DNA from: a virus
Length of the DNA stretch: 64,000 nucleotides
Direction: 5' to 3' (one strand)
Virus record (IMG/VR): IMGVR_UViG_3300025093_000013
Location: 32,001 to 96,000 of that record
Shown here: piece by piece, positions 1 through 8,539 of the stretch
Numbering within the stretch: the first letter of the stretch is position 1
Layout: each line of letters starts with the position of its first letter
Notes under the pieces: generated by a model
The model's input: only the letters and a program-made list of their open reading frames with translations
What the model was told of the DNA's origin: nothing
Databases searched by the model: none
Made by a program: the position numbers and the translations under genes

Positions 1-319
1 TTTTTCTTGCTTGTGCGGAGCGTCTCTCTGCCTTTGACATGGAAGCTCTCTTGGAGGAGGACACACACTTTGGAGTAGATGTTTGCCCAGGCTGACGAGC
101 GCAAGGCTTACCAGAAACAACTTGGACCCACCCTGGCTTGCCACCTTTTGAACGAGAGTTCTTGAACCAAGCGTGAAGTCCCTCTTCGTAGATAAGGTTG
201 CCGAGTCTGTTATAGAACTCCTCGTTAGCCTTGACACAGTTAGGATAACGCTTGCCGAACATGGTCTTCATGCCCTTCTTCTTGTACCCAGGCCAACACT
301 TTTCATCTATTCTTTTCAT
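1..319 (-). CDS. Basic hypothetical protein of T4-like marine phages, probable internal head protein (partial, runs off left edge)
   Basis: Not in ORF track; translated by hand: MKRIDEKCWPGYKKKGMKTMFGKRYPNCVKANEEFYNRLGNLIYEEGLHAWFKNSRSKGGKPGWVQVVSGKPCARQPGQ...; start overlaps the stop of 316..642 (ATGA); CWxGYKKKG..YPNCV motif recalled from cyanomyophage hypothetical proteins. Confidence 0.75.
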   Translation of the reverse strand, partial: MKRIDEKCWPGYKKKGMKTMFGKRYPNCVKANEEFYNRLGNLIYEEGLHAWFKNSRSKGGKPGWVQVVSGKPCARQPGQTSTPKCVSSSKRASMSKAERRSAQARK

Positions 320-642
320 GGTATTATCTCGAAGTCTGATCCATCTTTTGTGAGTGTTCTGCGGCGACCTCCTGCTCTGCTACTTCCCATGGATCTCATA
401 ATCTGGTTTTGAAAAACTCTTATGGCTCCTTGTGCGTCAACATTAGCAGGGCTCCTATCAATCTTCTTTATGGTTTTGTCTATCTTCTTTACTGCCTTTT
501 GTAGCCTTGGTCTGCTGGTATGAGGTTTGTCAGCTAACTCTCTGGCAATATCTGTCATTCCAACTTTTACTCGCTTACCTTCCCTGTTTACGAAAGGAGA
601 CTCTGTGATGAGCCCTGTTAATCTGCTGTAAACGCTTGACAT
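316..642 (-). CDS. Basic hypothetical protein, putative internal head protein
   Basis: 108 aa, K/R-rich, N-terminal YSRLTGLITE motif. Confidence 0.65.
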   Translation of the reverse strand: MSSVYSRLTGLITESPFVNREGKRVKVGMTDIARELADKPHTSRPRLQKAVKKIDKTIKKIDRSPANVDAQGAIRVFQNQIMRSMGSSRAGGRRRTLTKDGSDFEIIP

Positions 643-663
643 TAGTTAATCACCTGCTACTAT
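636..663 (+). promoter_or_regulatory. sigma70-type leaderless promoter for 670
   Basis: TTGACA-16-TACTAT-6-ATG. Confidence 0.85.
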
Positions 664-669
664 ATACCC

Positions 670-1194
670 ATGAACATCTTCTTCCTTGCAAAAAACCCGC
701 GAGTTTGCGCTGAGTGGCATTGTGATCAGCATTGTAGCAAGATGATCATTGAGTATGCACAGCTTATGTCCACGGCTCATCGTGTGACTGACAGCCCGTA
801 TGCTGACCAATGCTACAAGATCGCACACAAGAATCACCCCAGCACCATCTGGACTCGCGCATCCTGCGATCACTACGCTTGGCTCTACGAACTGTGGCGT
901 GAGCTTAACAATGAGTTCTACAGGCGTCGAGGCAAGCATCACCTTTCTTGGAGCAAGCTTGGTCATGTCCTGTGCTACACTCCCCCTGCGCTCCCTGCTG
1001 CTGGTTGGGTTGATCCCCCTCAATGTATGCCCGACTACCTTAAAGGTCCTGAGTGTGTGGAGGCGTATCGTAGGTTCTACTGCCAGGAAAAGCGTAAGTT
1101 CGCTACTTGGACTTGGAACCCCAGCAACAAGCCTATGTGGTGGGATTACAAAGAATACAATGAAGCACGACAAGAGTTATCTGCAAATAGCTGA
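670..1194 (+). CDS. Pyrimidine-dimer DNA glycosylase / endonuclease V-like protein
   Basis: MNIFFL..P..CA..HCDQH..KM..EYAQLMS and HKNHPSTIW motifs typical of this phage family. Confidence 0.75.
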   Translation: MNIFFLAKNPRVCAEWHCDQHCSKMIIEYAQLMSTAHRVTDSPYADQCYKIAHKNHPSTIWTRASCDHYAWLYELWRELNNEFYRRRGKHHLSWSKLGHVLCYTPPALPAAGWVDPPQCMPDYLKGPECVEAYRRFYCQEKRKFATWTWNPSNKPMWWDYKEYNEARQELSANS

Positions 1195-1561
1195 TGTAGT
1201 AGCAGCAAGGTCCTACTGCAAAAGAAATAAGGTGGGCGCAGTTATCGTAAAAGATAACAGCGTCATCGCTGAGGGATACAATGGCACATGCTATGGTATG
1301 CCCAATCAATGTGAATGTTTGAACGGAAAGACACGGGAAGAAGTAGTCCACGCAGAAGAAAATGCTTTACTTAAAGTCGCTCGCTCCACCCAATCTTGTG
1401 ACGGTGCTACTCTTTACCTCACTCTTTCTCCTTGCCTGCGCTGCGCTCGACTCATCGTGCAGGCTGGCATAGCTAGAGTAGTTTATCGAGATTCGTATCG
1501 AAATCTAGATGGGCTCGGACTACTATCAAGATGCGGAGTAACACATGAACAACTACTTTGA
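1160..1561 (+). CDS. cd: dCMP deaminase
   Basis: KVGAVIV, GYNG, HAEENA and SPCxxC Zn motifs; likely start is ATG 1160 inside track ORF 800..1561. Confidence 0.92.
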   Translation: MKHDKSYLQIADVVAARSYCKRNKVGAVIVKDNSVIAEGYNGTCYGMPNQCECLNGKTREEVVHAEENALLKVARSTQSCDGATLYLTLSPCLRCARLIVQAGIARVVYRDSYRNLDGLGLLSRCGVTHEQLL

Positions 1562-1865
1562 TGTATACGACAGTTACACAGATAACATGAAACCTTACAA
1601 ATCACACGAAAGCTTCCAAGAACCTGATTACGAGGACAACCCTCCCGATATGGTGAATCATCCTGACCACTACACGGTGGGAGGTATTGAAGCACTTAAA
1701 GTTATTGAGGCAAAGCTTGGTGGCACAGCCAATGAGATGTATCGAGGATATCTCATGGGGAATGTCATGAAGTATCTAATGAGAAGTCCTTACAAAGGTA
1801 AGCGTGTGGAGGATCTCAAGAAGGCACAGTTTTACCTGAACGAACTTGTGGAGTGTTTTAAGTGA
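1545..1865 (+). CDS. DUF3310 (gp1.7 nucleotide-kinase-like) protein
   Basis: VNHPDHY..GGIE, GNVMKY..R...K...EDLKKA.FYL. Confidence 0.85.
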   Translation: MNNYFDVYDSYTDNMKPYKSHESFQEPDYEDNPPDMVNHPDHYTVGGIEALKVIEAKLGGTANEMYRGYLMGNVMKYLMRSPYKGKRVEDLKKAQFYLNELVECFK

Positions 1866-2458
1866 TCGAGATTGCTAACGATGACTGGGAACTTTACCAA
1901 GATAAGTTCGGGGATCTGATTAGTTTTATTGCTCAAAGGATTACTGGTGATCCTATGTGCTGTGATTATGAGGAGAATGTACAGGATCTTTATATCGCAG
2001 CAATCAACAGCATCAACGGATACTACAAGAAGAACAAGATAACGACTGCCGATATGGCAGTAAGTGAAGTGATTGAGTGTCCTCTGTTTAAACAGTATAC
2101 AAAAACCGTGCTGTGGAATGCCAAGAATTACAAGGGCAACAAAGCTACAAAGTATAAAAACTTCATGCCCACATCTATCGACACGATAGATAATAAGGAT
2201 GATCTAGTTATTGATGACACTAGTAACATCGTAGACTCAGACGATGAGGTATTTAATTACTTTCATAAAAAGTTTAATGGTGAGGAGAGAGAGCTACTAT
2301 CGGTACTGGTAGCACACCCTGAGTGTGTCAGGGACAATGGCACCATTAATTACAATGCGTTGAGCAAAGCATCAGGTAAATCCTTTTACAAGGTGAAGAC
2401 GCGCATGACTAATATCCAAAATAAACTCAATGAAGGACTTTCTAAAGAACACAACTGA
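1862..2458 (+). CDS. Putative divergent sigma-factor-like / DNA-binding protein
   Basis: EENVQDLYI and FKQY...VLWN resemble sigma region 2; C-terminal HTH-like NYNALSKASGKSFYKVK. Confidence 0.45.
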   Translation: MIEIANDDWELYQDKFGDLISFIAQRITGDPMCCDYEENVQDLYIAAINSINGYYKKNKITTADMAVSEVIECPLFKQYTKTVLWNAKNYKGNKATKYKNFMPTSIDTIDNKDDLVIDDTSNIVDSDDEVFNYFHKKFNGEERELLSVLVAHPECVRDNGTINYNALSKASGKSFYKVKTRMTNIQNKLNEGLSKEHN

Positions 2459-2618
2459 TGTCAGTAAGATGTGGACAATCAAGAAAGCGGATGATATCCG
2501 ACAACTTGCTGTCATTTCAGAGGACCTAGAAAATAAGGGATGGAACATTGAAACTGTGAGTGTAGATGAGCTAACCATCCTAGCTTCTAAGCCAAAGGTG
2601 GGCCGTATAGATGGCTAA
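2430..2618 (+). CDS. Hypothetical protein
   Basis: Overlapping, co-oriented ORF in operon. Confidence 0.55.
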   Translation: MKDFLKNTTDVSKMWTIKKADDIRQLAVISEDLENKGWNIETVSVDELTILASKPKVGRIDG

Positions 2619-2961
2619 TCTACTAGAGCAGACTGTTTACATCGCTGGTCCCATCTCAAAGGTAGATTGGACTGAGGCAAAAGTCAAATTTGTAGACCTT
2701 GAAGGTAAGGTTCGTAAGTTCAGCCCCAAGCATATTTACAATCCATTAGACTTCATGGCTCCTCCTGTTCAGATGGATGAGATGGAGCGATGGTCATGGT
2801 ATATGAGACAGGCTGTGAGATGTTTGTCGCTTTGTGATGCCATTGTCCTCATGGACAACTACCATATCAGTAAGGGGGCACGACTTGAAAAGTATCTGGC
2901 AGAAGAACTTGGTATCACAGTTTACCATGAGAGAGACTTGCATGAAGTATCATCTGAATGA
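2611..2961 (+). CDS. DUF4406 (nucleoside 2-deoxyribosyltransferase-like) protein
   Basis: VYIAGPIS, NP, CDAIVL....SKGARLE...A..LG. Confidence 0.85.
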   Translation: MANLLEQTVYIAGPISKVDWTEAKVKFVDLEGKVRKFSPKHIYNPLDFMAPPVQMDEMERWSWYMRQAVRCLSLCDAIVLMDNYHISKGARLEKYLAEELGITVYHERDLHEVSSE

Positions 2962-3175
2962 TATGGGCCAAGCGTCTCGTTTCTGGTATCTCAACTTTTA
3001 CAGGGCTAATGATCAGCTAATTCATATGGGCGTGGACGATGGACAGTTCGTCTATCTAGAGATCCCCCAGATACTAGAAGACTACATCGACACAATGCCC
3101 GACAAAGAGTTTGAAAAGTACATCAACTGGGACTATAATCCCTTTGGAGATGAAAACGATGAAGATTGGGAATGA
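2942..3175 (+). CDS. Hypothetical protein
   Basis: In-frame ATG 2942 of track ORF 2834..3175; operon packing. Confidence 0.6.
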   Translation: MKYHLNDMGQASRFWYLNFYRANDQLIHMGVDDGQFVYLEIPQILEDYIDTMPDKEFEKYINWDYNPFGDENDEDWE

Positions 3176-3371
3176 CCACAACGGACAAGTTAATGGCGAT
3201 GTCAACCTCTCGAAATGGGAAGTAGACTTGATTTGCGAGGGACTGATCTCTATTATAAGTGACATTCCTGAGGGACATCCTGACCTTGATGTGGCATGTA
3301 AGCTACATATTCAGATGAACGCATTGTTCAATCTTATGGAGGATCCTGATGAACGAAATAATCCCATGTAG
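3150..3371 (+). CDS. Hypothetical protein
   Basis: Operon packing; start 3150 or 3159. Confidence 0.55.
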   Translation: MKTMKIGNDHNGQVNGDVNLSKWEVDLICEGLISIISDIPEGHPDLDVACKLHIQMNALFNLMEDPDERNNPM

Positions 3372-3558
3372 CTCACTTGTACTTGAAATTTATCAAGCAG
3401 ATCTTAGTGCTGGAGCGTCTGCCTTACCCGCAGACTTAGCATCTTCTGTGTCATGTTTTCAGGAATACAGAAATATCATAGCAAATGTCCAAGATGAGAC
3501 AGATACTTTTTGTATGCCAGCATGGATCTACAAACAATGGAAAGACGGAAATGTATGA
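3349..3558 (+). CDS. Hypothetical protein
   Basis: Operon packing. Confidence 0.5.
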   Translation: MNEIIPCSSLVLEIYQADLSAGASALPADLASSVSCFQEYRNIIANVQDETDTFCMPAWIYKQWKDGNV

Positions 3559-3781
3559 AGCAACGGAGGCAAGCATGAACGCTGAACTACGGAAGAAAAG
3601 AGAAGAACTAGAGAAGAAACTTGAATACGCACAGAACGCCCACCTTGCATACGCCAAAGGTATTGGAAGTGAAGGTGCGTATCGAGAAAGCTACCAAAAG
3701 GTTCGTGAGATTCGTGACGAACTTTACATGGTAGCGATGGATCTTGGAGATCCCATCCCTTTCAGGATGGAGCCCAAGTAA
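3551..3781 (+). CDS. Hypothetical coiled-coil protein
   Basis: In-frame ATG 3551 overlapping the upstream stop. Confidence 0.6.
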   Translation: MYEATEASMNAELRKKREELEKKLEYAQNAHLAYAKGIGSEGAYRESYQKVREIRDELYMVAMDLGDPIPFRMEPK

Positions 3782-3891
3782 AATTAACTCAAAGCCTGCG
3801 TGTGTGCGAGGTAGCTTTTCCTGACGATACTAGGAGAGTTAGTTCCTGAGTTAAATTTTAATAGGGACCACCGATACACTACTATGGAGAC

Positions 3892-4020
3892 ATGACCATG
3901 GAAGACAACAAAGATAAAACTAAGACCGAACTTACTGACATGCTTGATGGCATCATTGACGAGGTGCTTAAAAGTTTGGACCTTTCTGAGGACGAGGAAG
4001 ACAAAGAGGAAGAAAAGTGA
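3892..4020 (+). CDS. Small acidic hypothetical protein (42 aa)
   Basis: Hand-translated MTMEDNKDKTKTELTDMLDGIIDEVLKSLDLSEDEEDKEEEK; TACTAT-6-ATG leaderless start. Confidence 0.6.
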   Translation: MTMEDNKDKTKTELTDMLDGIIDEVLKSLDLSEDEEDKEEEK

Positions 4021-4232
4021 GGGTAGAAGATATTTACGGTGAAGACTCGCCTGAACCTACCAAGAGGACTGACACTCCCAGAAAGTCTAAGATGAAACCC
4101 GTGCAAAAGGAAGAGGAGAAAGTTATTAATGGTGTGTGGAAGTTTGTCTTCCTGACTCTACTAACTTCTTTCTTCGTAGGTTTCATTAAGGGTATGGGTA
4201 GTCTAGAAAGCCCAACAAACAAAGTTTACTGA
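4017..4232 (+). CDS. Small membrane protein
   Basis: GTGA overlap with upstream stop; one hydrophobic segment VWKFVFLTLLTSFFVGFI. Confidence 0.55.
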   Translation: MRVEDIYGEDSPEPTKRTDTPRKSKMKPVQKEEEKVINGVWKFVFLTLLTSFFVGFIKGMGSLESPTNKVY

Positions 4233-4252
4233 TTCGATTCTCCTACTACTAT
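4225..4252 (+). promoter_or_regulatory. Leaderless promoter for 4259
   Basis: TTTACT-16-TACTAT-6-ATG. Confidence 0.75.
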
Positions 4253-4258
4253 AACCAC

Positions 4259-4669
4259 ATGGTTAGTATGCAACAACAAGAACAAGACGCACTCGCCCAT
4301 GACATCAACCAAGCTCTCCGCGATTGCTTTGCGTATAAGCTGGAAGGTTTGGTGAAGCACAACGAAAGGATCCAAGACGAGGTTCTCCTCCTCGTCAATC
4401 GCTTCGAGAACATTGCTACGAGTCGTGATGATGAGGAGCTTATGGATGAACCTTACGATGGTGCTACCGCTATCTTTGATACCTTTGGGTGTCGTTATCC
4501 TACCGACTACTGGGGAGATGATATTGTTCATGACACTCTCAAGTTTCTTGCCAAGTGGATTCTGTTCTCCCGTGATGTGATCAAGCGTTGCCGTGAGGTT
4601 GGGTTCAAGAATGATGAGTGGGTTAACCTTGCCCTCGATCACTATCAGACTGGACGCCATGATACTTGA
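4259..4669 (+). CDS. Hypothetical protein
   Basis: 136 aa ORF with leaderless promoter. Confidence 0.7.
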   Translation: MVSMQQQEQDALAHDINQALRDCFAYKLEGLVKHNERIQDEVLLLVNRFENIATSRDDEELMDEPYDGATAIFDTFGCRYPTDYWGDDIVHDTLKFLAKWILFSRDVIKRCREVGFKNDEWVNLALDHYQTGRHDT

Positions 4670-4826
4670 TGAGGAGAAGTTAATTAAACTCTTGGAGGAT
4701 GCCTTTATGGAGGGATTCTCTGAGGGTTTTCATACAGAAGATAGCCCTGGCTATTACCTTGCCGCATGGAGAAGGTACATAGAAGACTTGAAGACTCGAC
4801 CTCCCTGGACTACTATAGACTCATGA
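4659..4826 (+). CDS. Hypothetical protein
   Basis: In-frame ATG 4659; operon packing. Confidence 0.55.
   Translation: MILDEEKLIKLLEDAFMEGFSEGFHTEDSPGYYLAAWRRYIEDLKTRPPWTTIDS
4788..4816 (+). promoter_or_regulatory. Leaderless promoter for 4823
   Basis: TTGAAG-17-TACTAT-6-ATG. Confidence 0.78.
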
Positions 4827-4945
4827 GCATCGAAGAACAACTTGAACATGACGGTGACGAGTATTGGTTCACCGAAACTATTACCCTGATCGCAGAGCAA
4901 GACCCTGTGACTAAAGAGTGGATCTACTTTGACGAGGAGAACTGA
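4823..4945 (+). CDS. Small acidic hypothetical protein (40 aa)
   Basis: Hand-translated MSIEEQLEHDGDEYWFTETITLIAEQDPVTKEWIYFDEEN. Confidence 0.6.
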   Translation: MSIEEQLEHDGDEYWFTETITLIAEQDPVTKEWIYFDEEN

Positions 4946-5091
4946 TGGTAGGACGCGAACTTTGGTTTGAACTGAACAAGTTCCACTCTGATCTTGTCAT
5001 TCTTGACCTTACTGATGAAGAGAAACTTGAGCGTGCGCTCAAACTCCTAAAGGACATCTACATCTACGAACACACTGCCAAATACAACTGA
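4945..5091 (+). CDS. Small hypothetical protein (48 aa)
   Basis: TGATG coupling; MVGRELWFELNKFHSDLVILDLTDEEKLERALKLL... Confidence 0.6.
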   Translation: MVGRELWFELNKFHSDLVILDLTDEEKLERALKLLKDIYIYEHTAKYN

Positions 5092-5092
5092 T

Positions 5093-5269
5093 ATGAACAA
5101 CGACCTTCGAGAACGACTGCTTGCTTTCGAGCAAGAGTATAACTCCTCTGACCTTGAGATCAAAGAGAGTGGCAACATGCCTTTTCACTACCAAGAAGAT
5201 GTGAACATGTATCTTCTGGACAAAGCTGCTAAACTTATTGGAGACCTCTTGACATCTGACCTCAACTGA
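5093..5269 (+). CDS. Small hypothetical protein (58 aa), paralog of 12329..12490
   Basis: MNNDLRERLLAFEQEYNSSDLE...QEDVNMYLLDKA. Confidence 0.65.
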   Translation: MNNDLRERLLAFEQEYNSSDLEIKESGNMPFHYQEDVNMYLLDKAAKLIGDLLTSDLN

Positions 5270-5277
5270 ACTACTAT
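5249..5277 (+). promoter_or_regulatory. Leaderless promoter for 5284
   Basis: TTGACA-17-TACTAT-6-ATG. Confidence 0.88.
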
Positions 5278-5283
5278 AGAAGC

Positions 5284-5574
5284 ATGAAGATCAACAACTA
5301 CAACAAACTCCCTCAAGGCATCAACGACATGGCTGACCTTCAGATCCATGAGGCGTCCATGCTGATTGGTGCTGCTATCAAGACCCTCTCTGATCTTAGT
5401 CCTCATTGGGAGGAAGAGACGAAGGATCTCCTCGATCTCTACCTTACCCTTCGCCGTGAGCTTCCTGAGAAAGCTAATGGCAAGCATGTCGGACACGATG
5501 ATGCCCATGAGGCTATCAAGTATGGGGCTATTGCTGTCTACTCTGATTACGGAAAAGGAGCAGCAGGACTATGA
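5284..5574 (+). CDS. Hypothetical protein
   Basis: 96 aa ORF with leaderless promoter. Confidence 0.7.
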   Translation: MKINNYNKLPQGINDMADLQIHEASMLIGAAIKTLSDLSPHWEEETKDLLDLYLTLRRELPEKANGKHVGHDDAHEAIKYGAIAVYSDYGKGAAGL

Positions 5575-5717
5575 TGTTCGCACTTGTTGTCGCATTCGGT
5601 ATCCATATTATCTGGAAGCTCCATGGCTGAAAAGATTTTCTACCTGTTCGCAGGAATTTCTGCTATCGCTTTCCCAATTAACTACTGGCTTTCCGACAAG
5701 CTCGACTATCATAAACC

Positions 5718-6014
5718 ATGAAGAAACTCGATATGCTTATGTGTGCTGGTATCATGGCAGCAGTTCCCACCATGATTAGCTACGGTGAGCCCGATGGTTG
5801 GATTCCCATGTGGCTTGGTCCTAAGTCTCAGGTGCAAACTTGCCTGATCAACACCGATAACATTGTGATGATCCAGCCTGTGTACGACTCCGATACTTTT
5901 ACCAGTCGCAAGCCTGTTATCAATTACATTGATGTTTACATGAGCGATGGTCGCAAACTTACTGTGACAGAAGACTTTGAGGAGTTCAAGAAGCGGATTC
6001 GTAACAGCCGATGA
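5718..6014 (+). CDS. Hypothetical protein, FlbD-like domain after an N-terminal hydrophobic segment
   Basis: LINTDNIVMI...MSDGRKLTVTEDFEEF pattern. Confidence 0.5.
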   Translation: MKKLDMLMCAGIMAAVPTMISYGEPDGWIPMWLGPKSQVQTCLINTDNIVMIQPVYDSDTFTSRKPVINYIDVYMSDGRKLTVTEDFEEFKKRIRNSR

Positions 6015-6520
6015 AGCGTCTTCTCCCTCTCCTACTGCTGGCTTCCTGTGAGCCTCTGAGCATCATCCACGATGACCTGACTGACAGCGGATCCAACTGG
6101 GGAGAGGGCTCTACGAACCCCAACCTGAGCGACCTGTGTACTGTCCATGATAGTACGCTAGACAGCTTTGGTTATGTGGGAGACTTTCCTGCGAATGAAG
6201 CATATCATCTTTGCGCGGAAGTTAGTTCGGATGATGATTGGCTAAGTGTTAGTTATCTTCCTACGCCATTCACTCTCAATCTTGAGACCGCAACTTACGG
6301 TTACACGACTGCTCTGGTAACTGTTGTAGAATGGCCTGCTGATCTACCAAATGCTCTAAAAGATAACAACTTCACAGTTCTGGACCAGTTTGAGGTTGAC
6401 GGGACTGTGACTCGAAGCTATTATATTGAGCCTACTGAGGAGAACGCCTTCATGACTATCATAGTGAAGGCACTCAACACCAGCAACTTCAACGAATACT
6501 ATCTGAGGATCGAACCATGA
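6011..6520 (+). CDS. Putative lipoprotein
   Basis: MKR-LLPLLL-LASC lipobox signal. Confidence 0.7.
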   Translation: MKRLLPLLLLASCEPLSIIHDDLTDSGSNWGEGSTNPNLSDLCTVHDSTLDSFGYVGDFPANEAYHLCAEVSSDDDWLSVSYLPTPFTLNLETATYGYTTALVTVVEWPADLPNALKDNNFTVLDQFEVDGTVTRSYYIEPTEENAFMTIIVKALNTSNFNEYYLRIEP

Positions 6521-6843
6521 AGTATGTAGAGAAACCTTGGGGCAACGAGCTATGGATGGCTGTCAACGATAAGTACGCCATGAAAAAGCTTACTGTCCTC
6601 GCTGGTCATAGTCTAAGTCTTCAATATCACGAAGAGAAGATGGAGACTATGTATTGCGTGGGAGGCGAGGGGCATCTAGAAGTTAATGATGTAAAGGTTC
6701 TCATGGTCCCTGGTGTCGTCGAGACGATCTACCCAAAGGATGTGCATAGGCTTTCGGCGGTGGAGGATCTCACTATTATAGAGTGCAGCACTCCTGAACT
6801 GGACGATGTTGTCCGACTGGAAGATAACTATGACCGCCTTTGA
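6517..6843 (+). CDS. Cupin-domain protein (mannose-6-phosphate isomerase type II-like)
   Basis: KPWG.E, SLQYH..K.E, HR..A, E.STPELDDVVRLED.Y. Confidence 0.85.
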   Translation: MKYVEKPWGNELWMAVNDKYAMKKLTVLAGHSLSLQYHEEKMETMYCVGGEGHLEVNDVKVLMVPGVVETIYPKDVHRLSAVEDLTIIECSTPELDDVVRLEDNYDRL

Positions 6844-7303
6844 CGAGAAAGAATACTTCAAGAAGTGGGATCCTGAGGTAGACTACAAGGCCAACCCACA
6901 CCTCTACAACATCGGGAGAGGCCAGCAAGGCGTTCTGATCTGTGAGCCTTACAAGAGCCATCTGTGTGCCATGTGGAGGTTCAAGACTCCTAAGGAGGCT
7001 ATCAAGAGCGCACAGGCTATCTACATCGAGTTCATGAAGTACCTGATGGTGAAAGACTTTGTGGGCGCTGACATGGCGAAGAAGTATCTTCACATGGGAT
7101 TCACTCGCGCAAGGAGATATGCAAATCATAGAGACGGCAATAAGTATGATGAGAATGGGAATGTGAAGCCCCAGGAGCCTGATGCCATGTCTTGTGAGAA
7201 AGCTGAGTCAGCCGAGATCTTCAAGAAGTATTGGTTCAAAGCGAAGGATGACGCACAATACATCAACCTAAAGAAACAATGGAAAAAGGAATACAACAAG
7301 TAG
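6830..7303 (+). CDS. DUF4385 family protein
   Basis: IGRGQQGVLICEPYKS, WRFKTP, DFVGADMAKKYLHMGFTRARRYANH. Confidence 0.85.
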   Translation: MTAFDEKEYFKKWDPEVDYKANPHLYNIGRGQQGVLICEPYKSHLCAMWRFKTPKEAIKSAQAIYIEFMKYLMVKDFVGADMAKKYLHMGFTRARRYANHRDGNKYDENGNVKPQEPDAMSCEKAESAEIFKKYWFKAKDDAQYINLKKQWKKEYNK

Positions 7304-7360
7304 TTCTGGGATTTCTTATGGCAACCGTACCCTGTGTTGCTACTATGATGCTAATAAAGC

Positions 7361-7984
7361 ATGGGGACCAGTTCAATAGGTCCTACAAGAAGTATGAGTT
7401 ATTTAAATAGTAGCATTCCTGAGTTCTACTGCCTAGGCAGGAAGGAGTTCTTCTACAATCAAAAGAAGGGCCACGGTGAGTATGAGAATGTCATGGTCTT
7501 TGGTGCTAGATGTAGAGCAGGGAGGGCCATTGAGTTCCATGTGCTGACTGACTCTGGTATGCAATTCATGGGACTTCCTCCTCATGCTCTGTGTACCAAA
7601 CCTTGTGAGCGTCCAAAACTTATCGACAGTCAGCTATGGGATTGTTTTGGCGATGAGTTTGAGGTCACTAAGTTCGACTACCTAGAGAACATGCGATGTA
7701 AGTATCGTAGAGAGAGTGACGGTAAGATGTTGGACGGAAACTATGTCATGACCTTTGATTGGACAGACAATGCATTCTCCGACGATCCATCTCAAAGAAA
7801 GAATGCTCACCTGATTGCGCTAGACTCAGGTAACTATACCCTACAACCTAACAATCGCACGCTATGGTTCGATCCTGCTTGGACAGATAAAGAACCTCCG
7901 CTAGATTGGGAGGTCAACGAAAAAATTTGGAGTAGTGAGACTCAACATGAAAGAGCAAAAGAAAACAAGTTCTTCTACAAGTAA
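7361..7984 (+). CDS. Conserved aquatic-phage hypothetical protein
   Basis: YLNSSIP..., QLWDCF, QPNNR..W.D motifs. Confidence 0.7.
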   Translation: MGTSSIGPTRSMSYLNSSIPEFYCLGRKEFFYNQKKGHGEYENVMVFGARCRAGRAIEFHVLTDSGMQFMGLPPHALCTKPCERPKLIDSQLWDCFGDEFEVTKFDYLENMRCKYRRESDGKMLDGNYVMTFDWTDNAFSDDPSQRKNAHLIALDSGNYTLQPNNRTLWFDPAWTDKEPPLDWEVNEKIWSSETQHERAKENKFFYK

Positions 7985-8159
7985 GATCAAAGTTAGCCTG
8001 ACCCTACAATGGGAGATGGAACCTAAGCAATACGAAGAGGCAAAAGAGTTTGTCTACGAGCAGGGCTGGGAATGGGATAAAGATCCTGTAACTGCTATCC
8101 ATTTCATGAATGAGATATGCTGGCCTAGCCTAGTAAAGAAAGCTGTGGAGGTAGACTGA
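7947..8159 (+). CDS. Hypothetical protein
   Basis: Operon packing; TGATG coupling to next gene. Confidence 0.55.
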   Translation: MKEQKKTSSSTSKIKVSLTLQWEMEPKQYEEAKEFVYEQGWEWDKDPVTAIHFMNEICWPSLVKKAVEVD

Positions 8160-8539
8160 TGTACGAATACAAGATAAAAGAGATCGACAGAATTGTTGAT
8201 GGTGACACAGTAGATGCTACTATTGATCTAGGGTTCGATGTCCTCTACAAGACCAGAGTGCGTCTGTATGGCATCAACACCCCTGAAACACGGACCAAGG
8301 ACCTAGAAGAGAAGGCCAAGGGTCTAGCAGCCAAGGAGAGGCTGAACGAGATCATTCACAAAGCAACAAAGATGGGTCATCATCTGATCCTACAGACAAA
8401 AGAAAAAGGAAAGTTTGGCCGCTACCTTGGTGTCATCATCATTGAAGACTGTAGACCAGACCATGATACTAGAACAGACATCAACCAACTCCTAGTAGAA
8501 GAAGGTCATGCCGAACCATACTACGGAGGAAAGAGATGA
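8159..8539 (+). CDS. Thermonuclease (SNase-like)
   Basis: IVDGDT, RLYGINTPE, KFGRYLG. Confidence 0.9.
   Translation: MYEYKIKEIDRIVDGDTVDATIDLGFDVLYKTRVRLYGINTPETRTKDLEEKAKGLAAKERLNEIIHKATKMGHHLILQTKEKGKFGRYLGVIIIEDCRPDHDTRTDINQLLVEEGHAEPYYGGKR

Noticed and set aside
800-1159. N-terminal 120 codons of track ORF 800..1561
   Set aside because: Overlaps the DenV-like gene in another frame; the deaminase domain starts at ATG 1160.
3820-3860. Hammerhead ribozyme (CTGACGA core)
   Set aside because: No GAAA after the putative stem II, so the catalytic core is incomplete.
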